Assembly: GCA_963837175.1 (NCBI GenBank)
Contig: CAWIMJ010000050.1
Location: 320,001 to 384,000 of the forward strand
DNA from: an uncultured Nitrososphaeraceae archaeon
GTDB lineage: Archaea; Thermoproteota; Nitrososphaeria; Nitrososphaerales; Nitrososphaeraceae
Length of the DNA stretch: 64,000 nucleotides
Direction of reading: 5' to 3'
Both the position numbers and the translations under genes were made by a program. Shown one piece after another: positions 33,701 to 44,866 of the stretch (position 1 is the first letter of the stretch; every line of letters starts with the position of its first letter). The notes beneath the pieces are model-generated. The model worked only from the letters and a program-made list of their open reading frames with translations, was not told where the DNA came from and ran no database searches.

Positions 33701-34607
33701 AAAATTTGATATATTTGATATTTTGATTGGAGATACAGCTGATAACGATTTTGAAAAAAAACCTGTCATAATTCAAGGAATTACAGGAAGTTATGGTTCT
33801 ACTCATACAAGACTAATGAAATCTTATGGTACAAATATTGTTGCCGGAGTAACCCCTGGAAAAGGGGGCCAGAACTTTGAAGGAACTCCAATTTATGATA
33901 ATATGGCGGAAGCAGTGAAATCTACAGGTGCCAAAATATCGGGAATATTCGTTCCTGCACCGTTTTTTCTTACTGCTGCAAGGGAAGCTTTGGATAATGG
34001 AATAGAATTACTAGTTGCCATTCCTGAACATGTTCCTATCAGAGATTCCATCACAGTTGTAGAGTATGCTAAGAGTAGGGGCGCGAAAATGATAGGACCT
34101 AATACGCCTGGTGTAATTGTGCCTGAGATCATGAAAGTTGGTATCATGCCTGCCCAGCCATTCAAAGCAGGAAATACGGTAGTGTTTTCGAGAAGCGGAA
34201 CTTTAATGTATGAAGTATCTTATAATTTAACTAAAGCAGGTTTTGGACAAAGACTCTGCCTTGGCATTGGCGGAGATCCAATCAATGGAACTAATCTGAT
34301 TGAAGCCTTTGATATGGTTAAAGACAGAGATGACGTTGATTCAATAGTAGTAGTAGGAGAGATTGGAGGAGACGCCGAAGAGCTACTTGCAGATTACCTA
34401 ATAACAACTAATTATTCTAAACATGTGGTAGCTTATATCGCAGGAAGATCTGCTCCAAAAGAGAAGCGAATGGGACATGCAGGTGCCATAGTTTACGGTA
34501 ACTATGGTTCTGCAGAATCGAAAGCAAAGAATTACGCAAAAGCCAACGTTGAAGTTGCAAGAAGACCAAGAGAGGTAGCGCAATTATTATCAAAGATTCA
34601 CCGATAG
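33693..34607 (+). CDS. sucD: Succinyl-CoA synthetase alpha subunit
   Basis: QGITG, GVTPGKGG, IGPNTPG, SRSGTL, RMGHAGA phospho-His motif. Confidence 0.96.
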   Translation: MNKKFDIFDILIGDTADNDFEKKPVIIQGITGSYGSTHTRLMKSYGTNIVAGVTPGKGGQNFEGTPIYDNMAEAVKSTGAKISGIFVPAPFFLTAAREALDNGIELLVAIPEHVPIRDSITVVEYAKSRGAKMIGPNTPGVIVPEIMKVGIMPAQPFKAGNTVVFSRSGTLMYEVSYNLTKAGFGQRLCLGIGGDPINGTNLIEAFDMVKDRDDVDSIVVVGEIGGDAEELLADYLITTNYSKHVVAYIAGRSAPKEKRMGHAGAIVYGNYGSAESKAKNYAKANVEVARRPREVAQLLSKIHR

Positions 34608-34688
34608 ATACTTATCAACACTCAATTATAAGACGCGCCCCAAGTCCAGGACTAGAGTGGTATATAAAAAAAATTGTGTAGTTTGATC

Positions 34689-34982
34689 TTAAACATTAAT
34701 GACATCAGTATATGTAGTTGCACACAACTGACAGGTAAAACAACCCACCCATTGTCCTATGTCCCTTTTTCTGTAATCTAAATTGGCAAGTGTCGAGCCA
34801 CATTTAGGGCAATTTTTTTTAAAGTAAGAATATCCACATGAATTACAATTTGTTTGCATAGGCGTTTCAAAGATATCTTTACGTTGGCATTTTGGACAAC
34901 GGTCCAATCTTCCGAAAAATTGGCTTAACAATAATAAAACCTTATCGTTGCAACTAAATCCATTTATACAATTGCAATACAT
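34689..34982 (-). CDS. Multi-CxxC zinc-ribbon protein
   Basis: CPKC, CNSC, CPKC, CQLC. Confidence 0.7.
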   Translation of the reverse strand: MYCNCINGFSCNDKVLLLLSQFFGRLDRCPKCQRKDIFETPMQTNCNSCGYSYFKKNCPKCGSTLANLDYRKRDIGQWVGCFTCQLCATTYTDVINV

Positions 34983-35163
34983 GAATGATATTGAAAAGAC
35001 AACGATGTTTCTCTGACAACCTTATGACAAAATATCTACGTGATTCATCTAAGTTTTTCTTTCTAATTATACAAATAGGAGAAAACATAAATATAAAATA
35101 TGTGATTATAAAAGATATCAGACAGGCGCGATGTCTTCCTACCGAATCCGTTTATTAAGATAG

Positions 35164-36003
35164 TTGAGAATAAACAAAATGCATCAGTTGTTAGCAAGAG
35201 AAATTATCGATTTAAAACAAGAATTTATAAAAAACCATGAAGCAACGGGTTTTATCTATGAGGTCATCCCCTTATCTTATTCTTTTAAATTACCAATCAA
35301 TGAGTATATTTTGCATATGTTGAACGAATTTGGAAAAAATAACCCTCTTTATTACAAAATTGATGATTTACAGCTATTTAATATCCCATGTAGATCTTAT
35401 GCAGGAGATATCAATCATTATTGGATTAGCAGCAAAAAATATGATACAAACTATCAGCCGTTTTATCCCACATGGCTTTTATCCGCCTATACACTGTCGT
35501 TAGGGGCTAAAAATTTCGGTTTTAAAGAAATCATTGACATAGGATCCGGAGATGGAAGGATTGCTTATTGCGGTCAGCTGTTGGGAATGAATTCGATTGG
35601 AATAGAAATTGACAGCGAGCTTGTAAGTCTTCAGCAAAGAATATTAAAATCGACTGGAATTGAGTATAAAATAATAAATGATGATGCAACAATTATAGAC
35701 TACTCAACACTTGAAATTTCAAAACCTATTTTCTTCATTTCAGGTTTGCCTGAGTTGGGCGATATGCTCGCTATTAACGTTCTTGAGAAAGTAAAAGAAA
35801 TAGCCGATCTGCGGCAATCTTCAGGTTTTAATTTCATGGGCAGCCATATCATGAAACAATATACATCAGACAAGACAAAGTGGGGATGGGGAAAAATTAT
35901 TGATAAATTTGATCTACATCTTATTGATTGCCTTACGTTGCCAACGCATTGGACTAATGAACAACAACATAATACTCCATATATTTATACAAAGATGTAT
36001 TGA
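35164..36003 (+). CDS. Class I SAM-dependent methyltransferase-like protein
   Basis: IIDIGSGDGRIA motif I, GIEID, NDDA. Confidence 0.78.
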   Translation: MRINKMHQLLAREIIDLKQEFIKNHEATGFIYEVIPLSYSFKLPINEYILHMLNEFGKNNPLYYKIDDLQLFNIPCRSYAGDINHYWISSKKYDTNYQPFYPTWLLSAYTLSLGAKNFGFKEIIDIGSGDGRIAYCGQLLGMNSIGIEIDSELVSLQQRILKSTGIEYKIINDDATIIDYSTLEISKPIFFISGLPELGDMLAINVLEKVKEIADLRQSSGFNFMGSHIMKQYTSDKTKWGWGKIIDKFDLHLIDCLTLPTHWTNEQQHNTPYIYTKMY

Positions 36004-36603
36004 TAAAATTGTTGAGCTAAATATACGGAACCTATGAGAGAAATAGTTTTTAATCAAAATATTAATTATATAAAAATGTAATTTTATTTGGGTCAGAAAT
36101 ATTACCGATACTTTACCTATTGGAATATACTAATTAGAATATAATCTAAAAATACTCTAGAATTCCATAACATAGCGTTCTTCATTGCTTTAATTCAATT
36201 ACAATCATCGCCAGAATGTTGTCTTATCAATTTTTACAAAATGCCGACCAATGATTTATATAATCGCCAGAGTGCGTAATTTTTTATTAGATATTTATAT
36301 TCACATAGATATAAATTGAAGCGATCACAGAATCAGCTTATTACATACAATTTAATTCTCTAAAACGTCTATCGGATGGCATATGCAATTGAAGTATGAA
36401 AAAATTTAAACACTTATTGATAAATGGTTTCTTATTTACCAAAATGCTGACATACTTTACCACTGGCTGAAGTGAATTGCTGAACAAGGTTTATCTGGTT
36501 TGGTTGTATGACAGATTTTGTAATTCATACTACCGTAATGAACGATATCTAAATGCGTATTTAGCGAAATTTATTTCATTAATGTTAGTGTAATAGAGTT
36601 AAG

Positions 36604-37167
36604 ATGGATCGATATATGATATATTTAAAAAATGTCTCATATAAACCAAAAGATGCACAATCTCTATTATCAAGAGCAAGAGAATTAGTTTCAGACCAGA
36701 CCATCATTATACGTGATACTCGGGTCTCGGAGAGTTTCATAGAATACGATACTAGCATTCCAGAAAATACAAGACTAAAAGAAGTTATAAGAAAGCTCGT
36801 ATCTATTGCACCTTTGTTAGAGTATGAACAAATTGCTGATAGGAAGATAGAAAAAGAGGAAGCTATAAAAATCGCGAGAAATTTGTTCAATACCGAAAAG
36901 TATTGGAGAGCACATGAGATTTTAGAATCTATATGGAAAAATTCTTATGGAAATGAAAAAGCTTTGCTTAATGGTATTATACTGATTGCAGCGGCTTTTG
37001 TTCATCATGAAAAAAACGAAAGCGAGATTTGTATTTCAATATTAAAAAGAGCATTAAAGAAATTGGAAGGAGCAAGTGGATATTACTTCGGAATAGGACT
37101 GGATGAAATAAAAGATCGTATTTCAGAGATACTTAAAACAGGAAATATACAGCGTTTAATCATCTAG
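36604..37167 (+). CDS. DUF309-domain protein
   Basis: LFNTEKYWRAHEILESIW...GIILIAAAFVH. Confidence 0.85.
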   Translation: MDRYMIYLKNVSYKPKDAQSLLSRARELVSDQTIIIRDTRVSESFIEYDTSIPENTRLKEVIRKLVSIAPLLEYEQIADRKIEKEEAIKIARNLFNTEKYWRAHEILESIWKNSYGNEKALLNGIILIAAAFVHHEKNESEICISILKRALKKLEGASGYYFGIGLDEIKDRISEILKTGNIQRLII

Positions 37168-37878
37168 AAAAATTGAATTGTACTCGATTCAAAAAATTTT
37201 CTCTCTATTGATATTCATTATGTCTGTGAATCGCTAATATTACTAGATCTCTTCCTCTGAGGGAGGTCATTGTATTCATCTTCTTTATACATATATATTT
37301 CTATATATATCTATTTAGTTATGCTAGCTTTGCTTACTATCCTCTTGACGTCTTCTTCTAAGTATAAAAGCAATTCCTATGAGAGTAATAAGGATAGACA
37401 AAATTATGAAAAATGAGGTTTCATCTCTAACTGACCCTTTTGGTAGAACATAAAGAATGAATATATAAAGTGCACTTGACATAATCTATGTTTTATGAAG
37501 GAATATTTGGCCGTTACTAAAAATCTTTATATTCTTTATATTAAACTACTTTATTGCTATTTTACTAGCTATAAATAATGGCGCGTGTTATAGTGACTAT
37601 TATATTGATCTTTCAATATACTAAGTATAAATTTCTTCACAAAACAATAGCACTGTTTTATGTTTCACTAAAATACTTGTAGAACATTTCTATTATAATA
37701 GTACCCATCGGTAGATAAATTTATCAAAGGTTTACCGTATTTAATGAATACACCCGACAACTAATAACAAACACCTAATATCTGATACAGTTAGTCGTAA
37801 AAGAAAGTCTTTTTCTATGCCGATATGTCTGTAAAAAGGCAAGGATTAATTATTGACATTTATCTTCATTATTATCGT

Positions 37879-38103
37879 ATGTCGACAAGTCCTGAATTTG
37901 GTCTAGCTACTATGTATCGTTTGATAAAAAAATCAGGAGCAGAGAGAGTAAGCGATGAAGCAGCAGATGAGTTGCGAAAAGTTCTAGAAGATATTGCATA
38001 TAGAATTGCACAACAGGGTGTAGATCTGTCTGTCCATGCTGGTAGAAAGACCATAAAATCTGATGATATTCGCCTAGCGGCTAAGAATATTTTAAAACTA
38101 TAG
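37879..38103 (+). CDS. Archaeal histone (HMf family)
   Basis: RLIKKSGAERVSDEA...HAGRKTIKSDDIRLA; ATG at 37879. Confidence 0.95.
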   Translation: MSTSPEFGLATMYRLIKKSGAERVSDEAADELRKVLEDIAYRIAQQGVDLSVHAGRKTIKSDDIRLAAKNILKL

Positions 38104-38263
38104 GATAGAGATAGACACGAATAGCCATCTCCTCAATTGCTATGAAAAATATTATTACATACAATGTCTCGCGATTAACTGCTTACCATCTTATAAATAC
38201 TCTTACTATATTCAGAGTTTATATTAAAGAATAATATTGGGATATTTCTTCTAATCAACGGAG

Positions 38264-38352
38264 GGTGGGGTGGCAGAGCGGCTATGCGTTCGCCTGCAGA
38301 GACCTACTAAACAGTCAGCGAATTTATAAGGGTTCGAATCCCTTCCCCACCT
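38264..38352 (+). tRNA. tRNA-Cys(GCA) with 17-nt intron (38300-38316) at the canonical 37/38 position; CCA not encoded
   Basis: Acceptor stem GGTGGGG/CCCCACC, anticodon stem TTCGC/GCGAA around CT-GCA-G^A, T arm AAGGG-TTCGAAT-CCCTT, U73 discriminator. Confidence 0.92.
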
Positions 38353-38736
38353 AATTGTTCAATTTTTTAACTTGCAGGGATGATCAAAAAGCTTCCTTTT
38401 AAATTTTTTATAAATGCATTTTAATAGAGTAGAATGCTATAATAAAACTGAGTAATTAGATCATCCTTAGTGCAAATTTATAAACATCACAAACTAACAG
38501 ATATCCCAGTCGCGATAAAAATTGGTTACTCGACAAGGTGTCAAGACAAAATTATTCAGCTAGATTGATACAATGTTATAATAATATATTTATAATGTAA
38601 CGGCCACATGTAATGCATGTCTTGCTACGAATTAATACTATCTTTACTAAATATTGTAATAAAATATAATTATGGCACGATGCACGGAAGGTCTTAATAG
38701 ATTGCAAAAGATCAAATTGGATTGGGCAACAACTAA

Positions 38737-40396
38737 GTGATCACAGAGGTAAGAAAATCAATTAACGTGAGATCTCTTTTATCTAAATATGATGAAGTGC
38801 AGAATCCTGTACTCTCTCATTTTATATCTTCAATACCAGAGACTTTCTCTTCAGCTGTGAAGATGTTGCTCTCATCATCTTCTAACATCACCGATGAGAG
38901 CAGTTTAATCCTAAAAAATAGAGGTACTATTGAGGAAATATATAGAAGAATTTCATCTGGAAGCTAACACTAACACTAATGAAGTGATCGATAGGTGTGA
39001 TATGCTATCCAATCCTGCGACTGAAATTCTTACTTCAACCCATCAACCAAATCTTTTCGCATATAGCGGTGTATTCAAAAAGATAGTCTTATCTCAGACT
39101 ATTAAGAGGGCCGTGGAAGAGCAAAATAGCAAAAAAAAAATCATTGATTTATTTCTAATTGTCGATCATGATTTTATGGACGATATTTGGATCCGTGTTG
39201 CGCAACTTCCAAGTATGCACCATTCTGATGGAATTCTTGAACTCCGATTGCCTATTAGTAACTCAAACAGATGGAGAATAGTCTCCCAGATGCAGCTGCC
39301 TAACCATACAATACTCCATTACTGGCGAAGACAGCTAAATTCATGGATAAAAAATTCCACATCCATATCAAAGAGTATTGATAAAACAGCATTGACAAAT
39401 AATTTTGAGGATTTCTGGCGCCAGGTCGAAAGTGCCTATGCTAAAGCAAAAACATATTCAGATTTTAATTCTTTCTTGATGTCTCAAATAGTCAATAATG
39501 TCTGGAAATATGATACACTTTTTGTTAGGCTCTCTAAGTTATCCTCAGTTTTCGAAGAAGGTTTTAAATACCTAATTTCTAACTTTAGCAGTTATTCAAA
39601 TTGCCTTAGAAAAGCAGAAACTACTTTTATGCATCGTGGCATACAAACAGGTGTTAGTTCCACCTCTTACCTGTATGCCCCATTATGGTTACATTGCAAG
39701 TGCGGCAGTAAGGCTTCTGTAAAAATCAAAAGAGATGGAGAACAATTAGAGCTTAATGGTATATGTATGTCATGTAAAAAGGATCTTCACTTAAACATTG
39801 GTAATCAGACTCAACTTAATTTATCAGATAAAATTGTTCAAAATCTTTCTCCTCGGGCAATTCCAATACTATTGCTCCTTTGTAGAGATCTTGGAGTAAC
39901 CAACCTTGTTTCTGGTACCGGAGGCAGCATGGATTACACAATAGTTGCCAGCATCGTATTTAAAGAACTTGGTATTGATATGCCGCGTGTTCTAGTTTGG
40001 CCTTCTAATGATATTTACACTGGCATCGGTCAATCTGGAGCAATGAACTTTTTAAAAATAACAGAACGGTCGGATGTATTGAAATATCTAGAAAAACTTA
40101 GACTCCAAAATGCCGAATATGAGAACAAGATAAAACCATTCATTATCGAAAGAGCACACAAAATTAAAGCGCATGAGCCTATCGACAAGCTTCTTTCCAA
40201 TTTATTTGACCTTAAAGAAGCGCAACGCATTATTCGTCAAAACATTAAGATAACAGAAAAAGTAAATAATATTCTAGGTTTAAAACCATGTTTTATAGAT
40301 TATGCTGTGAACTTCGGAATGATGCAGACAGAACAACTCTGGCGTAAGAATCTTTTAAACAACAAAAATTTGTTCACACCAGTTATTATGCACTAA
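38737..40396 (+). CDS. BshC-like (bacillithiol cysteine-adding enzyme-like) protein with zinc-ribbon insert; one frameshift near 38920
   Basis: Ordered BshC-like motifs THQPNLF, LFLIVDHDF, SPRAIP, VSGTGGSMDY, MPRVLVWP and a C-terminal coiled coil; HCKC...CMSC insert; ORFs 38737-38967 and 38930-40396 join. Confidence 0.65.
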
Positions 40397-40420
40397 TCTG
40401 AGTGATGAGATTTATCGCCA

Positions 40421-41525
40421 ATGTTAAGAGATCTAAAGTCCTACAAAACTACTGGCAATGAGACGATTAATGTAAGTGTATTAATTACTGCAGCAGGAAG
40501 CATAGTAGCGCAGGGAATTATTAAGTCTTTAAAACTAGCAAATCAAATAAGCAAGGCTGTGAAATATAGAATTATTGCTACTGACATGAGTGTTCAGGCT
40601 GCTGGTCTATATAGATGTGATAAAGGTATTTTAGTACCTCCATCTTCATCGCCAGATTATATAAATTCAGTTATAAAAATAGTCAATGAAGAAAATATTC
40701 AGGCAATTTATATAGGCTCCGACCAGGAATTGCTGATAATCGGTAATGCGAGCAGAATATATCGAACGCGAGACAGAAGCAAAAGTATTGAGTAATCCAA
40801 TAGAAGTCGTAAATATTGCCAGAGATAAATGGAAGACGTTTGAATTTCTAAAAGCCAATAACCTCCCTTACACCTTATCATCTTTGCCAGAAGACAGTGA
40901 TAAATTTATTCACAAGATCGGTTTTCCAATAGTTGTAAAGCCAAGAGAGGGCTATGGTTCATTGCATTTTTACATAGTGAATAATTTAGAAGAAATGAAC
41001 TATGCAATATATAGAATAAGAAAAGTAGGATGGAATCCCATACTTCAAGAATATTTGGAGGGCGATGATGTAGAATTCACTTCCGGCGTCACAGTGGACA
41101 GACTTGGAAAATATGTGATGTCCTCAATTTCTATTCAAAAGATAATAAAAAACGGTCAAACTTACAAGGCCTTTATAGGTGACTTTAAAAAAATAAGAAG
41201 TTCATCTGAAGAAACTGCCCTGAAATTGGGGACTAGAGGGGCTATTAATATTCAAGCAAAGCTCCAAGGCGAAGAGCCAAAAATATTTGAAATCAATCCA
41301 AGATTTTCAGCAACTACTCCAATGCGGTCAACTGCTGGAATAAATGAGCCAGATATTGTATTTCGTAACAACATTTTAGGGGAAGAAATTAAAATTGAGC
41401 ATTATGAAAGGTTAATCTGCATGAGATATTGGAATGAAGTTTATATTAACTACTCTACTTATGAAAAAACCTTAAATGCGGGTAGAATAGATGGCGTTAA
41501 TTCATTTATACATAATTATTTTTAG
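40421..41525 (+). CDS. ATP-grasp ligase (CarB-like single domain); one frameshift near 40750
   Basis: VLITAAGS, ARDKWKT, PIVVKPREGYGS, ILQEYL, IFEINPRFS; ORFs 40421-40795 and 40746-41525 join at GN-A/AEYIE. Confidence 0.85.
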
Positions 41526-41653
41526 GATGTGTTAGATAGACAACTGGCTAACCTCAAATTAATAAGATCACATCACAGTAAGCTACTTTGTTAATATACA
41601 ATGGGAAATTTTGGTGTTTCTAGTAAGCCTAAGATAATATAATCGCAAATATA

Positions 41654-42292
41654 CTACCATTTAGTAACTTTAATTACTTCAAAAGCTTCTGCATATTTTA
41701 CATTCATTTGATAGCCCCTGTAAGAACATCTTCCAACCACTGCGTCGATCCAAAAATTTCCGCAACGATTATTTTTTTGTGAATGAAAGCACTCTAATGC
41801 ATTTGATTTCATCTTTAAGGTTTCAGTTATATCAATATAGAGTTGAGGCCTAAAAGCACTCTCAGTTAATCCACCAGGAATAGTTGTTTCATACATTAAA
41901 AGATTATTACAATCTCGTGATGCTGCTATTACAGCTCTAGTAAGAGCCTGGTGATCCTGATGTGAATCCCCTATCCATTGAGTAAAAACTGTTGCCTGTT
42001 CGTGCTTGTGAATTATTTCATCTATAATATTGACGAATTTTCGTCCAATAGTTATCGCATCTGGAGGTAAATCTAAAAATTGTGGACTTTTACAGCCTAA
42101 TGTCTTTGCAGACATAGTAGCTTCCATTCTTCGTTGTTCCTTGGTATCTGTTTTAACAAAATTTGGAAGTGTGGCTATAACCATGTTAACGTCATAGTCC
42201 ATCCGAGCAAGTTTGGCCAGTGTTCCGCCCATACCTATTTCTAAATCATCTGGATGTGCTCCAAATGCTATTACTGATTGATTTTTGCTCAT
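41654..42292 (-). CDS. PIG-L/LmbE/BshB-family N-acetyl-sugar deacetylase
   Basis: AHPDDLE, RRMEA, DSHQDH, YAEAF. Confidence 0.92.
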   Translation of the reverse strand: MSKNQSVIAFGAHPDDLEIGMGGTLAKLARMDYDVNMVIATLPNFVKTDTKEQRRMEATMSAKTLGCKSPQFLDLPPDAITIGRKFVNIIDEIIHKHEQATVFTQWIGDSHQDHQALTRAVIAASRDCNNLLMYETTIPGGLTESAFRPQLYIDITETLKMKSNALECFHSQKNNRCGNFWIDAVVGRCSYRGYQMNVKYAEAFEVIKVTKW

Positions 42293-42352
42293 TCCGACTT
42301 TTCTACTTCATTATTTATTTGTCTTTGCCATTCATATTAGATATAGACAAAA

Positions 42353-43321
42353 TTACATCTGATTCTCAATTCCTTTTATTTCTCTAGCTTCTCTATATCG
42401 TCTATAATCTTGATCTACTTCAATTGCTGCCTGTAGTATCTTACTTTTAATAGACTTTGATGAGTGCAAAAACATTTTAGTATCCTTTGGTAGACAATGT
42501 CCTCCAATTCCTTCTCTTGGCTCAAGAATATGTACATTCCATTTGGTATTTATAGCATCTCTTAGTTCTGAGAAATTTATGTTATTAGCCTGACAGTAAA
42601 GATAGAGATCTTCAGCAAATGCAATTTGTAAATATCTGTGTGCATTTTCAGCAATCTTACTTAATTCTGCAATTTCTATGTCTGAAACTGGATGCATAGG
42701 AATACCCAGACTTTTACCTTTACCTTTACTTTTTTCATTAGTAATAGATGTAGTAGAAGTAGTAGAAGTAGAAGAAGAAGAACTGTTCATATTCTCAGAC
42801 TTTCCATCATAGAAATACATGGCTACTTTGAGACAACAATCACATACTCCACCTATTACACGCACCTGATTTACACCATGTTCTTGCTCTTCTAAAGCAT
42901 ACCATCGGTGTGGTGCATGAGCTACATGCAATCTATGGTTAAGCATTTCAAATACTTTCTTTGAAGTTCCTTTTGGAATAGTACTCTCTATAGAAACAAG
43001 AGCACCATTCTTTGCTTCCTTTGATATTTTATCTACTATTGATAATAAACCCTCAATTTGAGGAGAAAACATATCATCAGGTTTATGGGTTGATATACAC
43101 AAAATATAAACATCAAAATCACTAAAGCTAGTAGCTTTTTTTATTCCTGCCGTTGTTTGTGCACGGTCCATTGCCTTAGAACTAATGTCATATCCATAGA
43201 CATCAAATTCTTCTTGTTCCTTTATAAATTTGGCCACAGGTAGTCCAAGTTGACCAAGTCCAATTATCAGAATTTTATGAAGAGAAAATATCTGCGCTTT
43301 TTTTTCATCCACTGTTAGCAA
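42353..43321 (-). CDS. UDP-glucose/GDP-mannose (UDP-ManNAc-type) dehydrogenase family, short form
   Basis: IIGLGQLGLP, IESTIPKGT, AELSKIAENAHR, GIGGHCLPKD catalytic Cys; lacks the usual C-terminal domain. Confidence 0.88.
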   Translation of the reverse strand: MLTVDEKKAQIFSLHKILIIGLGQLGLPVAKFIKEQEEFDVYGYDISSKAMDRAQTTAGIKKATSFSDFDVYILCISTHKPDDMFSPQIEGLLSIVDKISKEAKNGALVSIESTIPKGTSKKVFEMLNHRLHVAHAPHRWYALEEQEHGVNQVRVIGGVCDCCLKVAMYFYDGKSENMNSSSSSTSTTSTTSITNEKSKGKGKSLGIPMHPVSDIEIAELSKIAENAHRYLQIAFAEDLYLYCQANNINFSELRDAINTKWNVHILEPREGIGGHCLPKDTKMFLHSSKSIKSKILQAAIEVDQDYRRYREAREIKGIENQM

Positions 43322-43583
43322 TATCTACCTATAATAGGCGAGACAATAGTTATTAAAGTATTACGTAAAAAAAACCTGAATCTATTTATTATGAAATTTA
43401 ACTGTTCTAATGTATAGGATATTGCTAGAAACGATAGATTAACTTACAAAATATCTTAATAATATTATATCTCAAACATAATTCTAAGCATACAATGTTC
43501 TTCAGATAGCTACACTATTTCGTTAAACACTTCTATATGGGTAGTTAGCGATATTTATCTTGGGATTAAATAAACGTTAATAC

Positions 43584-44180
43584 TTGCTCAATAGATTTAG
43601 ATCTCTGCTACAACCTGTAATGGAAAGAATAGGAAATATCTTTGCCTCATTGGGCTTTTCTCCCAACTTTTGGACTATGTGGGGTCTGATAGCATCAATA
43701 TCTTCAGCGTTCGTCTATGGCGCGGCAGCGCCATCTGTAGGTTTACCATGGTATTACGCCACAATGCTCGGAGGTATTCTATTATTAATCTCTGGCTTTT
43801 TCGACATCGTTGATGGTTCAGTCGCTAAAATAACAAAACAAAGCTCAAAAAAAGGATCTTTTCTTGATTCTTCATTTGATAAAATCTCTGAAATCTCTGT
43901 ATTCTTAGGTTTGACAATAGGAAATCTTGCAGAACCGATATTATGCATTATTGCATTGTCTTTATCGCTTCTCGTAAGCTACATTAGAGCTAGAGCAGAA
44001 TCATTAGGAGTAGATCTGAAGGGCATAGGTATAGGAGAAAGAGCAGAAAGGCTATTGATCCTGGCAATAATAGGAATGATACCAATTCCAGGTACTATAC
44101 ACTGGGCTTTGGCTATAGTATCAATAATTGCAGGTATAACCATAATTCAAAGGATGATAGCTACATACAAGAAGTTGTAA
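43584..44180 (+). CDS. CDP-alcohol phosphatidyltransferase (archaetidylinositol-phosphate synthase-like)
   Basis: DIVDGSVAK...GSFLDSSFDK signature, SYIRARAE, GIGERAER. Confidence 0.92.
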   Translation: MLNRFRSLLQPVMERIGNIFASLGFSPNFWTMWGLIASISSAFVYGAAAPSVGLPWYYATMLGGILLLISGFFDIVDGSVAKITKQSSKKGSFLDSSFDKISEISVFLGLTIGNLAEPILCIIALSLSLLVSYIRARAESLGVDLKGIGIGERAERLLILAIIGMIPIPGTIHWALAIVSIIAGITIIQRMIATYKKL

Positions 44181-44186
44181 AATTAT

Positions 44187-44474
44187 CTATCTAAGTCTCC
44201 CAGCCGTTCGTCTATCTGATTCAGATCTAACTTTTACTATACCTCTATGCACAGCACACGAGACGCAATAAAACTTTACATCTGTAGAAGGTGCTATGTA
44301 TGCTCCTTGTGCTTTAAGTTCTTTGGCAAGAGTTGGTTCTACAAGAGTAATCCTTCCTGTGACTTTCTTTGCTTTGTCACGAGGCACCATTGCGCCACAT
44401 TGACTACAATGTACCGTACCAGAACTGCCTTTTCCCCCTTTAGTACGTCCTCTGCTGGTTCTCTTCTTCGGCAT
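44187..44474 (-). CDS. rps26e: 30S ribosomal protein S26e
   Basis: MPKKRTSRGR, CSQCGAMVPRDKAKK, YCVSCAVHRGIVKVR. Confidence 0.96.
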   Translation of the reverse strand: MPKKRTSRGRTKGGKGSSGTVHCSQCGAMVPRDKAKKVTGRITLVEPTLAKELKAQGAYIAPSTDVKFYCVSCAVHRGIVKVRSESDRRTAGRLR

Positions 44475-44866
44475 CTAACAAATAAAGTCTTTTTCTATCC
44501 TTTAAATCTTATGATATCTATTCAGAATATAATAGCAGCCTTGATCAGTCTTGTCAGAAGATAAATTATTTATATAATATTCCAATTGATTATATTTGCA
44601 TATGCTATGATTTCTTTAGTCATTGATATTTTTAATAAGGTAAGGAGTGTATAGACCCTTTTATTCCCTTGTGCACATAGATAACGTAGATGATAATAAG
44701 TAATTGATGAATCTGTAATAACAATTACAATGAGATTAGCATGATTGGAAAAAATTTTAGGTATTGTAGCAACTGATAAATAGAGAATATGTGCAATTTT
44801 TTTTAACCTCTTAAATTGAACTCTTCCAAGGCAAATCATTAAAACAGATTCGTTTTAATAACTCAC

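Noticed and set aside
38264-43321. tRNA-integrated genomic island
   Set aside because: No integrase and no duplicated tRNA 3' end (att site) found.
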